Virus record (IMG/VR): IMGVR_UViG_3300011725_000001
Location: 1 to 64,000 of that record
Strand: one strand, 5' to 3'
Source of the DNA: an uncultured virus (IMG/VR IMGVR_UViG_3300011725_000001)
Taxonomy: Duplodnaviria; Heunggongvirae; Uroviricota; Caudoviricetes
Length of the DNA stretch: 64,000 nt
The translations under genes and the position numbers were made by a program. Positions 1 through 8,210 of this stretch are shown in pieces (the stretch's first letter is position 1; every line of letters starts with the position of its first letter). The notes below the pieces were generated by a model. It ran no database searches. It was not told where the DNA came from and was given only the letters and a program-made list of their open reading frames with translations.

Positions 1-320
1 AGCTCTTCCAGAGCATTACCTTCCGGGTTCAAATCTATACCGTTACGGCGCAGGAAAAGCATCATTGCGAAAAATGCGGTTCGCTTATTATAGTCAGCGA
101 ACACATGGCCACGCGCTACGGCTTCAGGATGCGCTGCTGCAATGTGCCATACGTCAGGCAGTTCGCCGTACAGGTAGAGTGTGGTAACACGGTCTATCAC
201 TGCTTTAGCTTTACTGCGGTCTGCTATACCAGGCAATCTCGGCGCGGTGCTCTCCAGCCTGTCATGAAGCTTGATCAGTTCGTCTGCTGTGACAGGACGG
301 TATTCTAATTCCAGCTTCAT
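1..320 (-). CDS. doc: Doc (Fic-family) toxin, 3' end beyond the window
   Basis: Not in the ORF track. Manual translation from the ATG at 320, which overlaps the phd stop (ATGA), gives MKLELEYRPVTADELIKLHD...ARGHVFADYNKRTAFFAMMLFLRRNG. This contains a Doc-type HxFxDxNKR motif. Confidence 0.9.
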   Translation of the reverse strand, partial: MKLELEYRPVTADELIKLHDRLESTAPRLPGIADRSKAKAVIDRVTTLYLYGELPDVWHIAAAHPEAVARGHVFADYNKRTAFFAMMLFLRRNGIDLNPEGNALEE

Positions 321-538
321 CGGTCGGCTAAAGCCTTAAACGTATTGGCATGGCGATCCAGAATGTAGTCCATGTCCTTTTCAAGCTGGATGCGCTTTAA
401 CGTCTCAAACTCACTCTTGGAAAGCATTACAACGCTTTCTTTGCCACCATTGCGGGTAACTTCGATTGGTTCAACCAGTGCCGCATCAAGCGTAGCAGCC
501 CACGTATCACGCGCTGCCCTGCTGTTAACTGTATTCAT
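317..538 (-). CDS. phd: Phd/YefM antitoxin
   Basis: 73 aa, MNTVNSRAARDTW...EPIEVTRNGGKESVVMLSKSEFE, P1 Phd-like, directly upstream of doc. Confidence 0.92.
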   Translation of the reverse strand: MNTVNSRAARDTWAATLDAALVEPIEVTRNGGKESVVMLSKSEFETLKRIQLEKDMDYILDRHANTFKALADR

Positions 539-552
539 GATGACCTCTTAAA

Positions 553-590
553 TGTGGTATGCATTTGTGTACGCATTTGCAATGTACTCT
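553..590. promoter_or_regulatory. Probable phd/doc operator
   Basis: GTGTACGC (567-574) is one mismatch from the P1 Phd palindrome GTGTACAC. Related copies flank it, just upstream of phd. Confidence 0.5.
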
Positions 591-599
591 CAGCACTAT

Positions 600-919
600 G
601 TTGCTGGTTTCATGGCAAACGTTAGTCTATTCATGGTAGCCCACTCAGTTAGCAGGCAAATGTTCGTCTATTCATGGTAAACACGCTCAATTTGTACATA
701 TTGCAAGCACATTTGGTGGCTGCGCTCTCCTTCACCATGAAACCAGCAACACTCACCATGAATAGACTAACGATGTTTGCAAACATGATAGCCACCAGCG
801 ACAGGGCCGATTGTGGGATTGTGAGAAGTGTAGAAATCGCCCTCAAGGCCTGAACGGCCAATCGCTGCGGTATTGCTGGTTTCATGGCAAGCGTCAGCCG
901 TTGCCATGAATAGACTAAC
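600..919. repeat. Repeat family B: seven 16-bp sites ending TTCATGG, both orientations
   Basis: GTTGCTGGTTTCATGG-type at 600-615, 735-750 (rc) and 872-887. GTTAGTCTATTCATGG-type at 621-636, 662-677, 756-771 (rc) and 904-919 (rc). Two pairs are 21 bp apart. Confidence 0.85.
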
Positions 920-1401
920 AGTGTTTATAAACATGATGGGATCGGGTGCCAGGCTGAAAAGTGTTTGTAAACATGATGACGAGCGTGCCGCCCAATTGCG
1001 TCAGGGTGATGTATCGTGCCTGAGTAGCGTCCAGCATGTTTATAAACACTTTCCGGCGGAATGCTGGTGGCTGTCATGTTTGCAAACATCATTGCCGGCG
1101 TTCTGCGCCACCAGCACGATTACTATAAGTAGGTCACAATGTTTATAAACATGATGGAGATCTCGGATAGCGGTAAAAATGTTTGCAAACATGCCAGTCG
1201 CACTGAAGTTACCCGGCAAAGATGTTTGCAATCATGATGGCGCGTTAGAGAATACCAAATCTGCTGTTATTTTCATCGCATCAATCACTGCCTGCCATGT
1301 TTACAAACACTTTTAACGTCGTGAGGCCTCAAAAGCATGTTTGCAAACATTCCCAGCATGTTTACAAACACTTTTTCTTCGCTGCATCATGTTTGCAAAC
1401 A
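774..1401. repeat. incA-like copy-control iteron cluster (family A, core TGTTTRYAAACA)
   Basis: 12 cores starting at 774, 922, 962, 1037, 1077, 1140, 1180, 1223, 1298, 1338, 1359 and 1390, downstream of repA as for P1 incA. Same motif as the origin iterons. Confidence 0.88.
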
Positions 1402-1406
1402 TCATT

Positions 1407-2291
1407 TTATTCTTCCGTCAGCATCGAAGGGTCAGTTCCGATCTTCTTCCGAGCATGAATGCAAACATGCCATTCTTTGTTCTTTTTGATGACCGACGCA
1501 TCCAAGTAACCTGCTTCAATCAAATCGTCGATTGCTTTCTTGATGGTTCTGTTCTGCTGCCCATCAGATGACGTGAGCATTAAACGTCGCTTGATACGCT
1601 CAAATGAGAGCGGCAATGGCTTTTCAGGCAGGCTATGAATAAACGTGTACAGTGCTTGTGCGGTGCCTTTGTTGGACAATTTGCGGAGCAGTAGCATCTG
1701 CAAAAGTACTTGATTGTCATAGCGGTACAGTTCCCACAGGGATTCATCGGCCTGTAGACGAATCACATCTTTTTCAACGTCCCACTTACCCATCTGGAGT
1801 AAGCCAGTAACATTGAATTTTTTTCGATCTTTGGTTGAAAGGTCGATGGCGGTACGCCTCAATCGCACCAGTGATTCAGAAATCTTTTCCCGCAACACAT
1901 GATTTTTAAGGTTGTCAGGATATCCGGCCATACTGGCAAATTCCGAGAATGGCAGCTCTATAGTGTTACTGGACAAACCATATTTAGAGAACGACAGGAT
2001 CACAGCGACCCATACTTTAAAATCAGTCTCCATAGACAGGCGTGGGCCAGTAATCTTAATAGTCTGATAACCTTCCGCTTTAGCGATCTCCAGCTGAGAA
2101 AGCTCGTTTGACGCGTCAATGACGATACCGTCTACATCTGCACCTTTACGCTTTAGCGTTGGCACAAATAGTCCTAATCGCATTAAAGCTACAGGCTGAA
2201 TTGTGCTGCTATGGGTGGGGATAAGTTTGTCACCACTTTTACTTTCAGCCAGTACGTCCACTAACAATAACTCACTGTTTTCGCTTTCCAT
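1407..2291 (-). CDS. repA: Plasmid replication initiator RepA (P1/RepFIB family)
   Basis: TIQPVALMRLGLFVP, SQLEIAKAEGY, ITGPRLSMETDFKVW and LPLSFERIKRRL closely match P1 RepA. Confidence 0.96.
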   Translation of the reverse strand: MESENSELLLVDVLAESKSGDKLIPTHSSTIQPVALMRLGLFVPTLKRKGADVDGIVIDASNELSQLEIAKAEGYQTIKITGPRLSMETDFKVWVAVILSFSKYGLSSNTIELPFSEFASMAGYPDNLKNHVLREKISESLVRLRRTAIDLSTKDRKKFNVTGLLQMGKWDVEKDVIRLQADESLWELYRYDNQVLLQMLLLRKLSNKGTAQALYTFIHSLPEKPLPLSFERIKRRLMLTSSDGQQNRTIKKAIDDLIEAGYLDASVIKKNKEWHVCIHARKKIGTDPSMLTEE

Positions 2292-2341
2292 TTTTCACCT
2301 ATCCACACCCCAAAAGGTTAATCACAGCCCATAGTCAAGCT

Positions 2342-2445
2342 ATCATGTTTACAAACATCGTCTAGCATGTTTATAAACACTTTTATCATGCAAGCAAACA
2401 CTTTTATCATGTTTATAAACACTTTTATCATGTTTACAAACATCG
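2342..2445. repeat. Origin (incC-like) iterons, five tandem copies
   Basis: ATCATGTTTRYAAACA-type cores at 2346, 2368, 2389 (variant), 2410 and 2431, spaced 22/21/21/21 bp, upstream of repA. Confidence 0.92.
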
Positions 2446-2489
2446 TAACTCCTCTGCAGGCCTTGCCAGCACTGGATTTCCGAGCGCCT

Positions 2490-2585
2490 GGATCTTTTAG
2501 GATCTACTAGGTTCTATTTGGATATTTATTTGGATCTATACAGTTGATAAGTGGATAACTCATGAGGCTAAGCAGTTACCCACAC
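2490..2585. promoter_or_regulatory. oriR melting region: GATC repeats and DnaA-box-like sites
   Basis: GATC at 2491, 2501 and 2533, with GTTC/GATA variants at 10-bp period. DnaA-like boxes at 2542-2558 (rc TTATCAACT and TTATCCACT) and 2576-2584 (TTACCCACA). Same layout as P1 oriR. Confidence 0.8.
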
Positions 2586-2594
2586 TCCAGCGCC

Positions 2595-3044
2595 CTATGC
2601 TGACCGGTTCGGAGCGTAAACCTCAACGGCAGTGAGTCTTATTGCACGTCCGAGCTGGTGGATAGCTTTTTCAACTAACTCCACCTTTGATGGATAGTGC
2701 AAATCCAGTAGCCGCTCTATCTGCGGGTTTTTCAGGTTGAGGCTGCGCCCCAAGTCTGCTTTGCGCATGCCCTTCTCAATCATCGTGTTGTGCAGAACTA
2801 CTTTCATGGCCACCAGCACCGGGATGCTGACCAGATGCTCCCCTCTCTGCACCTTGCTGCCCGTTGGCACCATGCGCCTCTCTCCCATCACTACGCTGAT
2901 TGCCAGAATTACGGCCTCAGAAGCGTTCTGCAGCGTTTTGTCTGCCGTATCGCCTGTGGCATGCACGAAAGGCAGATCGCGGCAGGCAATAGCGTATATG
3001 CTCGCTGACGTGTTCTGAACGAGCCGTACCGGGTAAACAAACAT
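2595..3044 (-). CDS. hicB: HicB-family antitoxin/HTH regulator (no hicA partner)
   Basis: N-terminal YPVRL...DLPFVHATGDT HicB fold and C-terminal HTH (MRKADLGRSL...IERLLDLHYPSKVE), like E. coli HicB. Confidence 0.82.
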   Translation of the reverse strand: MFVYPVRLVQNTSASIYAIACRDLPFVHATGDTADKTLQNASEAVILAISVVMGERRMVPTGSKVQRGEHLVSIPVLVAMKVVLHNTMIEKGMRKADLGRSLNLKNPQIERLLDLHYPSKVELVEKAIHQLGRAIRLTAVEVYAPNRSA

Positions 3045-3183
3045 GCTCCGCTCCTTTTTTAAAATCCTGAATGTGTGGCACTTCTGACAAGGAAGGTAAC
3101 ACGCACGTTACTAAATCAGAGCATGCAGATTGTCCACTGGACAATTTCATATTGCTTTACAGCGCCCTGCAAACGATCAACAA

Positions 3184-3204
3184 TTCTAAACTAAATTTTT
3201 AGAA
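3184..3204. promoter_or_regulatory. Putative repressor operator TTCTAAA-N7-TTTAGAA upstream of ref
   Basis: Perfect inverted half-sites; the same architecture recurs at 10594, 14435 and 60323. Confidence 0.65.
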
Positions 3205-3215
3205 TTGAATGTTTT

Positions 3216-3866
3216 ATGGAAGCCTCACAGTATCAGGCAGCACGGGAAAAGCAGGCCAGAACGCAGCAGCGACAACGTGAAAGGCAGGCGGCAAAGCAGG
3301 CCGATCCGGAGTACCGCCAGCAGCAGTACGATAAGCAGCAGGCCAGCGCCAGCAGAATGCTTGTCAGGCAGATTGAACGTCGTAGCTCCCCGGAGTGGAA
3401 AGCAGAGCAAAAAGCCAAAGCAGAAAAACGCGCTGTAAGCGCCTCTGAGCGTCTAAAGGAGAAAAAGCCTGCACGGATAACAGCGAAGCCGCAAACGCGC
3501 GCCAGCGCGTCAGGAAAAGGGCTTAAAGGGCGAACGCCCACGGCAGCAGAGCGCGTGGTTATGGATGCGTTAGGCAAGCTACCCTGCATTGCCTGCCTGC
3601 AGCACGGGAAGGAATCACCGCTAATCAGCCTGCATCACATTGACGGTCGCACAAAACCCGGCGCGCACCTGCTGCAGATCCCCCTTTGCAATCATCACCA
3701 CCAGCACGCCGCGCCGGCACACGTCCGTGCAGAGTTCCCCTGGCTGGTGCCGGTACATGCGGACGGCATAACAGGCGGCAAAGCGGAGTTCACTAGGTAT
3801 AACGGAACCGAAAAAGAACTAATGGATAAAGCGTATAGTCTCGCAGGGTTATCACTTAATGCATAA
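3216..3866 (+). CDS. ref: Recombination enhancement function HNH nuclease
   Basis: Basic N-terminal arm, GLKGRTPT, LPCIAC, SLHHIDGRT, PLCNHHHQHAAPA and WLVPVHADG, as in P1 Ref. Confidence 0.95.
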   Translation: MEASQYQAAREKQARTQQRQRERQAAKQADPEYRQQQYDKQQASASRMLVRQIERRSSPEWKAEQKAKAEKRAVSASERLKEKKPARITAKPQTRASASGKGLKGRTPTAAERVVMDALGKLPCIACLQHGKESPLISLHHIDGRTKPGAHLLQIPLCNHHHQHAAPAHVRAEFPWLVPVHADGITGGKAEFTRYNGTEKELMDKAYSLAGLSLNA

Positions 3867-3942
3867 AGTGTGGTTTAAGCCAGTAGACTAAACCTACCAG
3901 TTGGTTATTATAACCAACTCAAAAAAATAAAAGGGAAATCAA

Positions 3943-4275
3943 ATGGGCGCGATTGCACGGAACAAGTGGCAGGCGAAGGACAATTATGGTGTTACTTTTA
4001 AGTACATAGCAGAACTGAGTTTTGAACGTTCAGATAACGTGATACCTGGGCAAGAAAAAAACAAAGAAGATAATAGTGAATTTATATACTTTGTAAGAAT
4101 ACAGGCCTATGAGATTGGAACTCCATCCAGTGATTCTTTCTGCCTTTACAAAGATGAATACAAAACGCTTCCCGAAGCGTTAGCTTTCTTCAAAAATCTT
4201 GGCAGAGCCACGCGGGCTGTACCATACGAAGATTCTGACAAAGATTTTTTTTGCGTTAATCTCTACGGCAAATAA
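3943..4275 (+). CDS. Hypothetical AT-rich accessory protein (110 aa)
   Basis: ORF with RBS (aaaggg), low GC, no recognisable motif. Confidence 0.65.
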   Translation: MGAIARNKWQAKDNYGVTFKYIAELSFERSDNVIPGQEKNKEDNSEFIYFVRIQAYEIGTPSSDSFCLYKDEYKTLPEALAFFKNLGRATRAVPYEDSDKDFFCVNLYGK

Positions 4276-4357
4276 TCGCTAGCTAAAAATCATTTTGTAG
4301 TAACTGAGATAATTTTACTTTAAATCAACCAAATGGAACAATGGTGGGGGTGTCAGC

Positions 4358-4999
4358 ATGCAAGAATACTTGGGTCTTATTTTATCAACAATGCCTGTGA
4401 ATGTATTGGCGATATTACCAGTGCTTTTATTAAAAATCGGTAAGCACGAAAAAATAGGGGTTGCTGTTCGTTTATATATCTTCTCTATTCTTTTTGTTGC
4501 TTCTGCGACTACTTTTGCGAGCTTTTGCGACAAACGTTTTATATCGCCTCCATTATGGGTTTTGTTATTATCTGTTGTACTGTTCACTATTGCGCTAACT
4601 GTTTATGCTAAGTACTCACGCAAATTTTTGACTAGATGGAAAAGGCGCTCCCTGATCTTAGCTTGTTTGCTGATTTTACTCGCTACAAGGGTAAGCTTTT
4701 TAGGCTACAACATATATGAAATGAGAGCCTTTTCTATAATGTGGTACATCTCTTTTATTTATGCTTTTATTTTCGCCTACATAATCACCTCCAACGCGAG
4801 CGATATAGATGCATTTAACGCTGGTTTAACGAGCGCAACTTCACAAACCAGAGTAGATAAAAGCTATGCCCCCCAGCATGAAATTGATTACGACGTACAT
4901 ATCAAAGGGAAAGATGTACTGAATGATCCAAGTGCCGGCCTTATTGAGCGGCAGCGGTATATTGATGCATTAAAGAAAAGAGAAGATCAGCAAGACTAA
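4358..4999 (+). CDS. Hypothetical multi-pass membrane protein with soluble C-terminal tail
   Basis: About 5 hydrophobic segments, low GC, followed by a terminator. Confidence 0.7.
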   Translation: MQEYLGLILSTMPVNVLAILPVLLLKIGKHEKIGVAVRLYIFSILFVASATTFASFCDKRFISPPLWVLLLSVVLFTIALTVYAKYSRKFLTRWKRRSLILACLLILLATRVSFLGYNIYEMRAFSIMWYISFIYAFIFAYIITSNASDIDAFNAGLTSATSQTRVDKSYAPQHEIDYDVHIKGKDVLNDPSAGLIERQRYIDALKKREDQQD

Positions 5000-5014
5000 A
5001 CGTTGTTGTCTATG

Positions 5015-5048
5015 AAAGGTCGCCACTGAGCGGCCTTTTTTTATTTTT
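5015..5048 (+). terminator. Rho-independent terminator
   Basis: aaaggtcgc-cactga-gcggccttt plus T-run. Confidence 0.75.
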
Positions 5049-5074
5049 AAAAAAAATGCTTGACCTGTAACACT

Positions 5075-5097
5075 GCAAATTACAAACCGCTTAAAGT
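5075..5097 (+). promoter_or_regulatory. Putative late promoter
   Basis: GCAAATTACAAAC-N4-TAAAGT; the motif recurs before seven structural or lysis units. Confidence 0.75.
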
Positions 5098-5226
5098 CGC
5101 CCCAAGCTGTTAGCGGTTCCCTGATGGAATTTTTGACAACTTACCTAATCTGCAACGCGCGGTTGGGAACGTTAAAAGCCAGAGAGGCCGCTATATGCGG
5201 CCTTTCGCCTTTTCAGGGGTACAGAC

Positions 5227-5880
5227 GTGAAACAGAAAATCGCAGTAATCAGTCTCTCAACCAGTCAGCCAATGGCTATCACCGCCATTTATGAAGATCA
5301 CACGCTGGTCATGTCAAAGCCGCAGCCGCTGCCAAAAGGCATGCGGACGCAGGTAGCCAAACTCACGCCCTACATTGAAACACTGCGCGCGCAGGGCTTT
5401 AAGGTGCTGGTGGATGAAGCCACGGGCAAGGTGTCCGGCGTCGTGGGCGGCAATCACGTTTCTCTCAAAGCAAAAGGCAGCGATGGCCGCGCGGCGGTGC
5501 TGATCGGTATTGAGCGTTACAACGAGCTCATGCTGCAGGAAAATCTCGCGCTGCCGAAAGAGAACAAAGGCGCTTTTGAGATCCCCGATTCCATCGTGGA
5601 GGTGGAGTACAACGCCAGCGGCGAGGAGGTGTACCGCATCAACTGGCGCGATATACGCCCGGAGCATGTGCTCACCATCCTGTGCTGCTTTGCCGTGGGC
5701 TATAACAACGTGGCGTCAGCGGACTACGTTAACGCCATGAGTGCTGCTGCTGCAGAAGAAAAGCCGTCCGTCATGGACGCGTTTAAGCGCCTTATCGGCT
5801 ATGAGAAAATCAAAGCCGCAGAGGCCGTGCCGGAGACGCTGGCCGGGATGCGCATCAGCGACGAGGAGCGGATTCTGTGA
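5227..5880 (+). CDS. mat: Probable particle maturation control protein
   Basis: 217 aa, under a late promoter, follows ref as in P1; resemblance recalled from memory. Confidence 0.6.
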   Translation: MKQKIAVISLSTSQPMAITAIYEDHTLVMSKPQPLPKGMRTQVAKLTPYIETLRAQGFKVLVDEATGKVSGVVGGNHVSLKAKGSDGRAAVLIGIERYNELMLQENLALPKENKGAFEIPDSIVEVEYNASGEEVYRINWRDIRPEHVLTILCCFAVGYNNVASADYVNAMSAAAAEEKPSVMDAFKRLIGYEKIKAAEAVPETLAGMRISDEERIL

Positions 5881-6209
5881 GTTATAACCGCCTCGACGAT
5901 CGCTCTATTGAGGATGTGGTGCTGCGCAGCCTCTTTCACCAGAAAGTCATAAAGCGTTCCGCCTCTTTTCACGAAGAGAATCAGGACTACACCATCCGTC
6001 TCGACGAGATATTCCGCGCTGACCTGGCGGCATACCGCGCCTATGAGGGCAACGCGGATTTGCGCTGGATCTTCCGGCTGCTGTGCGGGATTGAGTCAGA
6101 GATGGAGCCGCTGCCCGCCGGCCAGACGCTTTCCCTGCCGGATATGGCGTGGCTGCGTAACCGCATGCGCGAATACGCGGGCGGCAAGCCGGAGTTAATC
6201 AGTGGCTGA
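5877..6209 (+). CDS. Baseplate protein gp26-like (LysM-like)
   Basis: YTIRLDEIFRADLAAYRAY...LPAGQTLSLP LysM/gp53-like pattern; first gene of the P1 26-25-7-24-6-5 block. Confidence 0.75.
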   Translation: MSYNRLDDRSIEDVVLRSLFHQKVIKRSASFHEENQDYTIRLDEIFRADLAAYRAYEGNADLRWIFRLLCGIESEMEPLPAGQTLSLPDMAWLRNRMREYAGGKPELISG

Positions 6210-7416
6210 TACTCCGTTTGCCCGCACCGAATCCGGGCGCTACGACACCGCCGGGCTCTCCTCTAAAGAGTTCTCCCGCGTTTTCGACCAGATAGACAAA
6301 GACCGCCGGCGTTCGCGCCGCATTGCGCACCGCACGCTTAACCCTCTCACCCTGAAGAACAAGGCGCTCGACGACATTATTGCCCTGGGCAAAAAGAAGT
6401 CCGGCACCTTCTACACCAGAGAGGATCTTAAAGGGTTTGAGAAAAACCGCGCCGGCGCACGCCAGCAGTTTAATGCGGCTGTTGCGGGGATCACGTATGC
6501 GCAGCTGGTGGCGGGCAGTCAGCAGATCGACATTAAGCGCGCCAATAACCGCGTGGATGACGGTTCCGGTATTAAGCGTGCCACGCCAACCACGCTCAAA
6601 CACAACGTGCTTACGGTAAGCGTGGAGGCGTCCGCCGTATCGGTTGATAAACATCACCGCGTGAAGTTCCGCTTTGAGGAGTGGGATCAGCTGATCGAGG
6701 AGGTCACTGATGGCAAAGACAGCGCCAAAATTGCCAAGCGACTCTGCGCTGGCCGCGTCTCTTTTGATTGCGATTGTGGCCGTCACCAGTACTGGTACCG
6801 CTACATTGCCACGGCGGGCAACTTCGCCCTTGCCCCGCCAAAAGAGTACGCCTACCCGAAAGAGAAAAACCCGAATCTGAAAGGCGTGGCCTGTAAGCAC
6901 GTCATTCACGCCTTCACCCGCCTGCAGTCCGCCTCATGGCAGGTGCGGATCGGCCAGGCGATGCTCAAAAGCGCCGGCAACAACGCCTACGGCGACGATC
7001 CGCGCAAAACCACTGAGCACTTCACCGACGCCGACAAAGCGAAGTTCAACCGCAACCGCAACTCGCAGACCAACGCCGCCGCCGTAAAGCGCGAGCATGA
7101 GAAATATCAGAAGCGCATGGGCGCGCTGGCGAAGCGGCTGAACAACGACGATGGCCGGATCGATAAGCTGCGCGGCCAGCTGACCCGCGCCAAAAAGGTC
7201 ACCGCTACGGAGCGCGCCCGCGCGGCGAAAAAGCAGGCGCAGCTGGCGGACGAAAAGGCGAAAAACGTGCTGCTGCGTCAGCAGCTGGCCGACCAGGCGA
7301 AGATCCAGCGCCAGACGTTCATTGATGCCCTGGTGCTGAGCGGCACGCCGCGCGCGCAGGCGGAAAAAATGTTTATGGACTACGCAAAGAACCAGACAAA
7401 AGCAGGTAATCAGTAA
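6202..7416 (+). CDS. gp25-like tail/morphogenesis protein with SWIM-like Zn finger
   Basis: FDCDCGRHQYW...ACKH motif, basic C-terminus, synteny. Confidence 0.75.
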   Translation: MADTPFARTESGRYDTAGLSSKEFSRVFDQIDKDRRRSRRIAHRTLNPLTLKNKALDDIIALGKKKSGTFYTREDLKGFEKNRAGARQQFNAAVAGITYAQLVAGSQQIDIKRANNRVDDGSGIKRATPTTLKHNVLTVSVEASAVSVDKHHRVKFRFEEWDQLIEEVTDGKDSAKIAKRLCAGRVSFDCDCGRHQYWYRYIATAGNFALAPPKEYAYPKEKNPNLKGVACKHVIHAFTRLQSASWQVRIGQAMLKSAGNNAYGDDPRKTTEHFTDADKAKFNRNRNSQTNAAAVKREHEKYQKRMGALAKRLNNDDGRIDKLRGQLTRAKKVTATERARAAKKQAQLADEKAKNVLLRQQLADQAKIQRQTFIDALVLSGTPRAQAEKMFMDYAKNQTKAGNQ

Positions 7417-8210
7417 TGGGACGCTACGACGAATTTCTTAATGACACGCCCCCTTCCACCAGCGAGGAAACCCGCAGTGAAACAGAGCAGACCGCGCCTG
7501 CAGCGCCTGCAGAAGATGTGCCGGACAGCAGCAGCGCTGCAACCGATCTGGAAGCGTCTGGCGAATCCGCCGCCGCCTCACCCGATGGCGCTGCCACTGG
7601 CGGTGCTGATGACCCTGACGGCAGCAGCAGTGAAGATTATGACCCGCTGAGCGCACCACTGCCGGATGCCCTGGCGGCACGCGAGCAGAGCATGGCGATT
7701 AAGCCCCGCTTCAAAGGTCACGCCCCCTTCAACAACATGGTCCGCCGCGACTGGGTTAAGGCAATAGAGAGCGACTACAGCGCGTTTCAGGCGCTGCTGT
7801 ACCTGCCGGATATGCGCGACGTGGGCGAGGTGGACGACGAAACCGGCTTTGAACAATCCGCGTTTACCGAACTGAACAACAACCAGCGCACGTTGAGTTA
7901 TCAGGATGCCGATCCGGCCATTGTCACGGTGCTGGACTGCCCGGACGAGCGCGAGAGTTTCCAGGTGCTCGATGCCGGCGACGAGCAGGACGGTTTAACC
8001 GATGACGTGCTGATCCTGCGCATTGCCGCAGAAGGCGTGCCGGTTGGCTCAATCCTTGAGTGGAATGAAGAGATGGCCAGCGGCACCCTAGCGCGCCGCT
8101 GGTGGTACGTCCACCGCATTTACGGCTTTGGCACGCAGAACGTCGGATCGCTCTACTACTGCATTCCCGCCCGCAACTTTGACACCACCAGCAACGGACG
8201 TATCGAATGA
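7416..8210 (+). CDS. gp7-like tail/neck protein
   Basis: Acidic disordered N-terminus, size and synteny with P1. Confidence 0.7.
   Translation: MGRYDEFLNDTPPSTSEETRSETEQTAPAAPAEDVPDSSSAATDLEASGESAAASPDGAATGGADDPDGSSSEDYDPLSAPLPDALAAREQSMAIKPRFKGHAPFNNMVRRDWVKAIESDYSAFQALLYLPDMRDVGEVDDETGFEQSAFTELNNNQRTLSYQDADPAIVTVLDCPDERESFQVLDAGDEQDGLTDDVLILRIAAEGVPVGSILEWNEEMASGTLARRWWYVHRIYGFGTQNVGSLYYCIPARNFDTTSNGRIE

Noticed and set aside
600..1401. CRISPR array
   Set aside because: Repeats are 12-21 bp, in mixed orientation and irregularly spaced. Family A matches the origin iterons, and there are no cas genes.
649..1571. Short ORFs across the iteron region
   Set aside because: They arise from the repeats (MFANI/VYKH patterns) and have no coding signals.
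5100..5180. tRNA or hammerhead ribozyme
   Set aside because: No D or T arms, and the CTGATGA/GAAA core is incomplete.
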